Assembly (NCBI GenBank): GCA_003971905.1
Contig: RSEE01000036.1
Coordinates: 124,001-188,000, forward strand
Reading direction: 5' to 3'
DNA from: Moniliella sp. 'wahieum'
Taxonomy: Eukaryota
DNA: 64,000 nucleotides
Positions 54,601 through 64,000 of this stretch are shown here, piece after piece. A model generated the notes under the pieces. It ran no database searches. It saw only the letters and a list, made by a program, of their open reading frames with translations, and was not told the DNA's origin. Numbering within the stretch: the stretch's first letter is position 1; the number at the start of each line of letters is the position of its first letter. A program made the position numbers and the translations under genes.

Positions 54601-55301
54601 CTTATCCGCCCATACACTGACAACGCCTTTAAGCAGGATGATTGAAGAAGGCGCTCAAGTGCTGCGGCAACGACCACGGAACATGTGCAGGCTTGCACAC
54701 AGATCTTCGTTCGCCGTATGGTTCCGGGACTCATTCTCCCTCTCGAACGCGATGACGCTTCGCCCCCACGCCGCAAGTTGTATGTGGCCCTTGTATCTTT
54801 GCCCTTCTCGGTCCCTATCATCTCGGCGTCCCCATGATGTTTTTGGTCCGCGATTAGACGACGAAGGCAAAGCTTCTGGTTGCCGCCGTCCTGAGGCTCC
54901 TCGAACAACCTGCCGTTGCCTCAGCGCTCCTCTACTCTCTCTCTGTGTCTAAACAACCATGGCAATGCATGCTTTTAAAGATAATCCACTCCCTGATCTG
55001 ATAGCATTGTGACAACCTAGCCACCACTCTAGCCGCCAGCCTGGTGGCAATCTGTGGCTAGCCTTGCCACCAGCCTGCCAGCAAGGCTGCGGACTGTCCG
55101 GGGATAGGTGGGGGATAGCTGGGGGCAACCTGGCGCCAAGCTGTCGGGCAGATTGTCTCGACCTTGCGACCATCTTGCCGCCAGCTTTGCTTGTACAAGG
55201 TTGTGGCAATTCTAATCATAGTCTAACGGTATCAAGTTACTACCCTGTGGCGAGATCGGCGGCAACGTTGTGACGAGAAATTTCGATTAGCTATATTAGT
55301 A
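51699..55301. mobile_element. TIR DNA transposon, probably CACTA/EnSpm (CMC)-like, degenerate
   Basis: Left end CACTACTATAGCTAATCGAAATTTCT; right end agaaatttcgattagctatattagt (20-bp perfect core, ~50-bp imperfect extension); subterminal CTTGCC/GGCAA motifs; internal transposase-like remnants; TSD unresolved. Confidence 0.75.
52229..54007 (-). pseudogene. Degenerate spliced transposase-like gene inside the TIR element
   Basis: Fragments EPMV..HMYLGEPIHL, GWANGFADNVS, IPVWDSTT..GDNEMASVMC..CRLC, QTGVNDKY; introns 52964-53064 and 52304-52381; several frame breaks. Family resemblance is from memory, not from a search. Confidence 0.55.
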
Positions 55302-56339
55302 GCACTAGCTTCACTAGCTTCACTACTAGTCACTAGTAACTATAGTAGTCACATGCACAAGCCACTATATGGATCCACTCACAAAGCTCTCCAGTAAACT
55401 AGTCCTGCCACACAGTCACACTACTCTGTTTACTAGTAGGTACTAGTGTCCCCGCCAAGTATGCTAGCCGCCCCAGGTGCGTCATCGCGTGATCAGGGGC
55501 GGCGCGGAGAGTAGAGAGGTGAGATCATGGACGGAATAGCCAGGAACGAAGTTGAAGTCAACAACAGGAGAGGGGGGGGGCGGTGGCGCTCCGCTCAAGG
55601 CGCTCAAGTGCGGAGCTGAGCTCGGTGATTATTGTCTTTGCCGTCGCCCAGGCCATCGCCACCAGTCATGCAGTCAGGCTTTCGGTAGGGTCGGTCAATC
55701 GATTATTTGGGAAGAGACGGCACAGTCGTGTCCACATCTTTCTTATACGATCCTACGTGAACTATGCCATCCACAGTGCTTTGTTCAGTCCGCCTGTTCA
55801 TTCTTCTCGGTAGAGGACGTGGTACAAATACAGGGCCATCACTTCCAGCAGGCTTCAACGCCCAAAGGAACGGTGATGGCGACAGCAGAGGCTGGTCGGT
55901 TGGGCACCAGCCATATGAAAGGCGTCGCGCGCGTCGCACCAAGCCAAAACGGTGCGGGGGGTATATGTGGCCGTGACGACATATACCAGTGTGCGCGACA
56001 GGAGAAACCACGTGAGGAGAGAATGCAGGCGTGCGGGTTATGCAAGCGCACAAGCACCCCCGAGGCCACGTAAAAAATGGACAAGGGAGCACCAAGGAAC
56101 GATCACGTCATCCCAGTAGAGAGGCAGTAGAAACGTGAAGGATGAAGGGGAAGGAAGAAGGTCAAAACAAACACAAGTCGGGATGGAGGGGAAGGTGGGT
56201 GGAGCAAGACGGATGTGCAAAACGAGGGAATCGTTATGTAGCAGAACTTTTTGGCTGGAGCCATGACAGACCGACAGCAGGCACAGCACGGCACTCCATC
56301 AAATCCAGAGGTAAGGCGACATCTCGACACAGGGAACTA

Positions 56340-58390
<2,051 letters not shown>

Positions 58391-59496
58391 GGTGAGAGGA
58401 GAGAGATGGTGGAAGAGCAGCAGCCGCCGCCGCACACGCCGCACGCATAGCATCGCTCCTGCGTTGCATCCTGGGCCGGCGGACGCCGACGCGGGAAGAA
58501 AAAAAATAGGGGCGCACGGGGGCGGTGTTCCGCAAGCGGCTCCCACCGACAGCGGCCTGGTGCAGCCCCATCGGCATGCACGGCGCCGCACACAAGCGCG
58601 CCGCAGCCTGCCGCAGCGCCTGCAGCGCAAGCTTCTGCTCGGTGCAACTGGAATCAAACCTTCATTTTCATTACCTCAGCCCACCCGCCCCGCTGGCCCC
58701 CAGCCTGCCCTGGCCTGCCCCCGCCGCAAATGCCCCACGATCAAGCAAAGCGTCACGTGGTGCATGGGCTTATTGCAGCGCGTCGAGGGTGGCAACGCTG
58801 CAGCCAACCCTGGTTTAACTGGTACGACGACCTACGCACGCTGCTCCTCCTTCGGAGGGTCTGAGCTGCGGCCTTTGCTCGAAGGCAGCCACCCAAACTA
58901 GAGGGTCTTCCCTTGCTTCTACACCTGCTCGATTCGACCAGGATCTGACGCCGGACATACCGTGCGTGGCTCCGATTGGCCGTCCCAGGGTTTGTACCCC
59001 TAGACTACAGGGGTGGGTCCCACCTCGGGACTCCCCCCATGACAACACCGGCCTATTCACCCCCTTGTACGAGAGAAGGAAACGCCTCCACCCAGTACCA
59101 ATGTGGGAAAAAGGCAGGCCACAGTTGAGTCATCCCAGCTAAACGTTGAACGTTGGTTGAACGGTGAACGTTGAGCGAGTTGAGCACATTAAGCGCGTTG
59201 AGCGTTGAGCGCACGTTGGGCGTCGAGCTGACCACATTGAGAGAGTTGAACGCGTTGAGCGTTGAGCTGAGCGCATTGGGCGTGTACATAGAACCACCCT
59301 TGAATCCCACCTGTACCCCGCGGTCTTCAATCCTTCCATACAGTCTCACTCACATGTTCAGTCGCACCCAACCACTGCCCAACCAGAAGGCCAGGTCCTA
59401 TGCGCCACTGGACGTATGAAATTGAAGTAAAGTATGGAGTTCGGTAGGTATGAGATGCAGAGTAGGGGCTTGGGCCCCACGCTAGTCATTAGTTCA

Positions 59497-60674
59497 TCAT
59501 GGCAAGTTATAAAGGGGGGATGGAAGGAATTTCCCCTCCCACTCGGGAGGATGGTAGTCGTGCTCACCGCGCGGGATTTGGTGAGGGTGCTGATAAGGGC
59601 TTAGATATACGTGAGGTCGAGGCGAAGGGTTGTCGCCGGCCTCTTCAACTTTCCCGCTGTCCGTATCGACCCCAGAATGCACCTCTTGCACCCGCCTTGC
59701 TTGTTTCTCCTTCTCCCCCTCCTTCTCCCCCTCCTTCTCCTCCTCCTCTCCTCCTCCTCCTCCTCCTCCTCCTCGTCATCCAGGGCGAATTCAGGTACCT
59801 CCACAGAGGACATACCGAGAGCGATGTGGTCCGGATGCAGCTTGAGCTCGGCAAGGCTGATCGAGTTGCTACGATGTGTGGCACCCGCATCGTGTTCGTT
59901 GACTGGGGCAACAGCGACCTTCTCCTCCTCAGAAGCAACAGGCTTGTCCTTGCGCAAGCGACGGAACATGCGTCGTACTCCTTCTTGCACCACCTCCCCC
60001 ACGTCCACCACATCGTCACGGCGCGGTGGGGGGCCACCTGAGCGCGCAAGGCCCGCAGGCTTCCGCGACGCCGCCTGCAATAACGCAGGATCAATTCCCC
60101 ATGACTCAGGGGGAGCAGCAGCCTGTTTAGGCACACTTCCTTGAAAGGAGAGGAGATGGGAACGCGCTGCCAAGCCCACAGAGAAGGATTGGCGTCGGCG
60201 CTGCCTTCCGGTGACAGGAAGAGGGGCAAAGCGCAACGGGGGAGGGGAATTCGAGCTGCCTTGTGTGAGTGGATCATTGTGCAGCGTATCTGGTTTGGAT
60301 GGATCGGAAGATAGTGCGCCGGTAACGTTCAATTGGGACGAATTCGAAGGGGAATCGATCGGTTCTGGAGGGGGCGCCAGCATCCCGTCACCAAAAGTGG
60401 CGTTGGGCCCGCGGGGATCATAATGCAAAACAGAGGGACCCTCTAAAGTTGCGCGCCCCTTTCGCGACAGGGGAACAGCACGGCGATAGGAGCGACCCAA
60501 GGGAGGCGCGTTTACCGGAGGCTTAGTCTGGCCGACACGGACACTCGAGGCACTGAAGGCCTCCTTAAAGCGCGACTTTTTAGAGGTCGGAGCCAGGGAT
60601 TCAGAAGGGGGTACATAGGTCGGGACTAGGATGCCCTTGAGATGGGAAGGCCCGCGCACACTTCTGGTCTCCAT
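59497..60674 (-). CDS. Hypothetical protein with RFAPLP..RRQSFSVGLAAR motif and acidic tract; C-terminus inferred across a frameshift in the GAG run
   Basis: Long ORF 59601-60713, first ATG at 60674; poly-Glu switches to poly-Arg, suggesting an indel, with the frame continuing in ORF 59497-59691. Confidence 0.6.
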
Positions 60675-62017
60675 GCTCTGCGTGCTCAGCGCGGAGGTCA
60701 ACTGAGCGCTCAATGCTCAACGCTGAAAGGAGTGGTGGTGGGATACAGACACGGTAGTTGTGGCCAGCTGAGTGGCATTTTACTCGATAGAATTGAATAC
60801 TGGTGTTTGGCATTGAATCCCGCAAGTGTTAAATTTTTGCTGAGGCGCTGAGGCGCTGGAAATTCAATGTTCAACTTGAACGTTCAACGTTCAGCGACTC
60901 TGCCAGTTGCACTCAGTTGCGCTGAGTCATGCATGCTGCTTGAACTTGATGAACAAGGATCCTCGCTCCTAGGCGACCAGTGACTAGCTAGTGACTAGGG
61001 ACTACCTGTGACTGCAGGCGCTGATGTGCTGATGCAGATGCATGAGTTACTAGTTGCCCGAGTACTGAGTTACTGATGCATGATACGCACACGATGCATG
61101 ATACACGCGATATCTGGGGTTAGGCGAAGTTGAGTACGTTGAGTAGGGTTGAGTAACTGGGAGTACTGAGTTGAGTTGCTTATACCTTCGGCACCGGCAG
61201 CTTGTCTCGCATGCTGATTTTGTTTCCCTCTGCTCAAGCGCTCAATAAGCGCTACGGATGCCCTGCGACGAACTGACCGCCATCAGATTGTCGATGGCCG
61301 CCACTGCCTGGAAGAATTCGAAAGCTGATTGCGAGCACGGAGGGCCGATGTAGCTATCGATGAAGCTAGATCGATGAAGCTTGAAGGAAGCATTGAGTGG
61401 GAAAGCGGCGCAGGTTGTTGAGGCAAAAGGCAGGAGAGAGAGGGGTGAAGAGAACAGAGGAACACAAAGGAAGGCTCAGGCGCGCGGACAGAGCGGTTCC
61501 CGAGTGCCCACCGCAGAGGATCTGCCTAGGGAAGCCAGAATCTGCCTCATCTCCACGCCCCAACCATGCAAATGCAATAGGTACAGAGTGCCAAAAATGC
61601 GACTATTCTCTCTCAGCAACAGCGCGCTCACCGGCGCGTTCTTCTTCATCAGGGGCCACGTCAACAAAGACAGCCTTGCGACGTCCATATTCCATTAATA
61701 GCACGGCGGCCCAAATACATCCACAAGTAAGGACAATGCAAGCCATCGGTGGCGATCGGTGCCGTTCGCCTGAGCGCCTGAACGCTCAAGCTCCAACGCT
61801 CGATGGTGTAGGCAGGCGAAGAGTTGGTTGTGTTTATTGCCGGCGGAGTCGCCTGGAAACGTCAAAATTGTGTTATAGGCGGAGCAAGGCGGGGCCACCG
61901 GTCAGGCCCTCACGCCGCAGGTGGGGCACGGCGGAATTGCTGTCGCAGAGGTTGCACCGATGTTTTTTTGGTCGGGTCTGCTTTTGCTTGCACGGAGCTA
62001 AGTACACACCGTCCATC

Positions 62018-64000
62018 ATGTCCAAGTCCATCTGGCGTGCGCCCAAAGCGCAACACTTTGAACTCGTACACCGCTCCCAGCGCGACCCCCTCGCCAACGA
62101 CCCTGATGCAGACCAGCGTGTTCTCGCTCCGCGCCAGCGTCCTAACGAGTTGCGCCGTAATAAGGGTACGGGGTTGACGCGCAGCCAACTTGAGCAAGCG
62201 GGCGCTGGGTCGGGTCAGCGTGCCAATGTGGGTGAGGCGGCGCGCTATGGTGTCTACTATGACGATACCGACTATGACTACATGCAGCATCTCAAAACTG
62301 TTGGCCAAGGGGGTGATCCCACCGAGGATGACGCCCCGGCGGGGCCGACCTTCTTACTCGAGGCCCCCAACAAGAACAAAGTCCCCAAACAGGCCCCGCT
62401 GGCAACGGGCATCGCTTTCAAGGATGCCACCCCTCCATCATCTGTGGGAGAGCCTTCCTCGTCTAAGGGGCTTCAGCTTCCGCCTGAAGCCTTGCCGTCA
62501 GCTCTAGAGTTGAACCAACCCTACCGTCATGCCCCCGGGACGAAGGAGGGGGAAGTGCATGGGTTGCAGCCTGGGATGAACGCTCACTTGCGCCAGACGC
62601 TCGAAGCGCTCGAAGATGAGGCATTTGTGGAGGACGACCTGGAAGATGACTTTTTTGACGGGATTGTTCATGATGGCGCGCAGGATGGTGCTCAACCCGA
62701 GTGGATGGAACACGCACCCGAAGGAGACGAGCGTCTCTGGATGGACACGGCCGATTTGATCAAGGCCAAAGCTGACCAGGGGGAGGAGATTGACGAGGAG
62801 CAACTTTCCCTGACCGAGAGGGTCGCGCTCTTTAAGGCTGGAAGCCTACCAGGGGTGCAGCGGTCTACCTCCTCAGACGACGAGAACGATGACGAAGCGG
62901 CAGACGATGTGGGGTCCCTGCCAGGACTCCCAACTGGCCGGAGGAGGGCACCACGAGCGGCTTCCTCAGCGGGAGGCTCCTCCTCTATATTCGGGGACGA
63001 AAAGAAGAAAAAGAAGCCTGGTGTGAAAGCTCGGTATGCGGCATCGCAGGCAGGCAAGTCCGCATTTAGCATGTCGAGCAGCGCGATGAGCCGAAACAAG
63101 GGTCTCTCTGAGGTCGACACTCGCTTCGATGCCATCCTACGGCAATATGGTCGTCTCAATACCGATGACGATGATGTGGCAGCGTTTGGTACTGGGGTGG
63201 ATGACGAAGATGATCAAGAAATTGCCATGGAAGCCGAAGCACGAGCGGAAGCGGAGGAAGCGGAGGAGGAAGAGGCTGCCGAAACGGAGATGTCTGAGGC
63301 CCAAAAGCAAGCCTTGGATCGGGCTATGAACGACTTTATGGAGCATTATGACGTCTATGGTGGGAAGCTGGCGCCAAAACTCGGTGTTCGTGGTACATCG
63401 GCGGCAGACAAGGTGGGATTGATCCGCGAGAGCCTGGGAGTGGCTCGCATGCCCGATGCGGCTGCTTGGGCTGCCGAGCAAGAAGCGTATGAGCAGAATC
63501 CCGACGCTGGCATGCCTGAAGTACGCATCATTGGCTCCAACCGTGAGAAGTGGGATGTGGAGACCATTCTTTCTACTCGAACCAACCTGGAGAACCACCC
63601 CCGAACGATCAGCGCGGCGAGCGTCACCATTGCGCCCACGAGCTCGTATGCTCCCACGACGTTGGCAAGCCAGCGCATTTCGTCCCGGGGTTTGCTTGCG
63701 CCAGATGTGGAGCCTAAAGTTAAAGTGGATCTTCGGACGGGGTTGTCCAAGGTGGTGGGGTACCAAAAACGGCGGGCGGGACCTTCGAGCTGTTCATCAG
63801 ACCAAATAAGTGTCCCTTCGGAGGCTAACGAAGATGGAGGGCCTGAAGAGGATGAAGGGGACGAAAGTGGAGCGGAGTCGGACGACACCATTGGCCCCAT
63901 TACCGGAGGGACCATCACGAGACCCAAAGGGGAGAGTGCCGAAGACAAGAAGGCACGCAAGCAAGCGGCCAAACAGGACAAGCAGCTACGCCGTCAACAA
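62018..64000 (+). CDS. LTV1: Ltv1 40S ribosome biogenesis factor (runs off window end)
   Basis: AQHFELVHRSQRDPL, GEAARYGVYYDDTDYDYMQHLK, LRQTLEALEDEAFV, FSMSSSAMSRN, KWDVETILSTRTNLENHPRTI. Confidence 0.95.
   Translation, partial: MSKSIWRAPKAQHFELVHRSQRDPLANDPDADQRVLAPRQRPNELRRNKGTGLTRSQLEQAGAGSGQRANVGEAARYGVYYDDTDYDYMQHLKTVGQGGDPTEDDAPAGPTFLLEAPNKNKVPKQAPLATGIAFKDATPPSSVGEPSSSKGLQLPPEALPSALELNQPYRHAPGTKEGEVHGLQPGMNAHLRQTLEALEDEAFVEDDLEDDFFDGIVHDGAQDGAQPEWMEHAPEGDERLWMDTADLIKAKADQGEEIDEEQLSLTERVALFKAGSLPGVQRSTSSDDENDDEAADDVGSLPGLPTGRRRAPRAASSAGGSSSIFGDEKKKKKPGVKARYAASQAGKSAFSMSSSAMSRNKGLSEVDTRFDAILRQYGRLNTDDDDVAAFGTGVDDEDDQEIAMEAEARAEAEEAEEEEAAETEMSEAQKQALDRAMNDFMEHYDVYGGKLAPKLGVRGTSAADKVGLIRESLGVARMPDAAAWAAEQEAYEQNPDAGMPEVRIIGSNREKWDVETILSTRTNLENHPRTISAASVTIAPTSSYAPTTLASQRISSRGLLAPDVEPKVKVDLRTGLSKVVGYQKRRAGPSSCSSDQISVPSEANEDGGPEEDEGDESGAESDDTIGPITGGTITRPKGESAEDKKARKQAAKQDKQLRRQQ

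Noticed and set aside
55480..56100. 173-aa ORF and a minus-strand YSVHD fragment resembling a hydrolase tail
   Set aside because: Similarity too short; no supporting motifs.
59700..59780. Poly-Glu to poly-Arg charge switch as a real protein feature
   Set aside because: Better explained by an indel in a GAG-rich run.

Overview
GC-rich, intron-poor eukaryotic DNA. The gene set and protein motifs point to a basidiomycete fungus, possibly Ustilaginomycotina (inference). Recognisable genes, in order: actin (5' part), a Ste20/PAK-like kinase, an HSL-type alpha/beta hydrolase, UTP17/NAN1, HSE1, an atypical MAP kinase, an S10 serine carboxypeptidase, SIN3, NAT1/NAA15, an X-family DNA polymerase, LAT1, a URG1-type GTP cyclohydrolase II-like gene, DED1 and LTV1, plus a few hypothetical genes. 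Most genes are split by single-base deletions that look like long-read consensus errors rather than pseudogenisation. An accessory block at ~46.1-55.3 kb holds two elements. The first is a very young full-length Ty1/copia LTR retrotransposon (217-bp LTRs, AATCC target-site duplication). The second starts 15 bp after that TSD: a ~3.6-kb TIR element beginning CACTA, with a degenerate spliced transposase-like gene and a second, divergent spliced unit. Other notable signals are a MAPK whose TxY motif reads S-S-F, a ~120-bp-arm hairpin at 21.6-21.9 kb, intergenic arrays of TGA/TCA at 7-bp spacing, and a strong GTACGT splice-donor bias. All family assignments come from motif recognition by eye; no searches were run.
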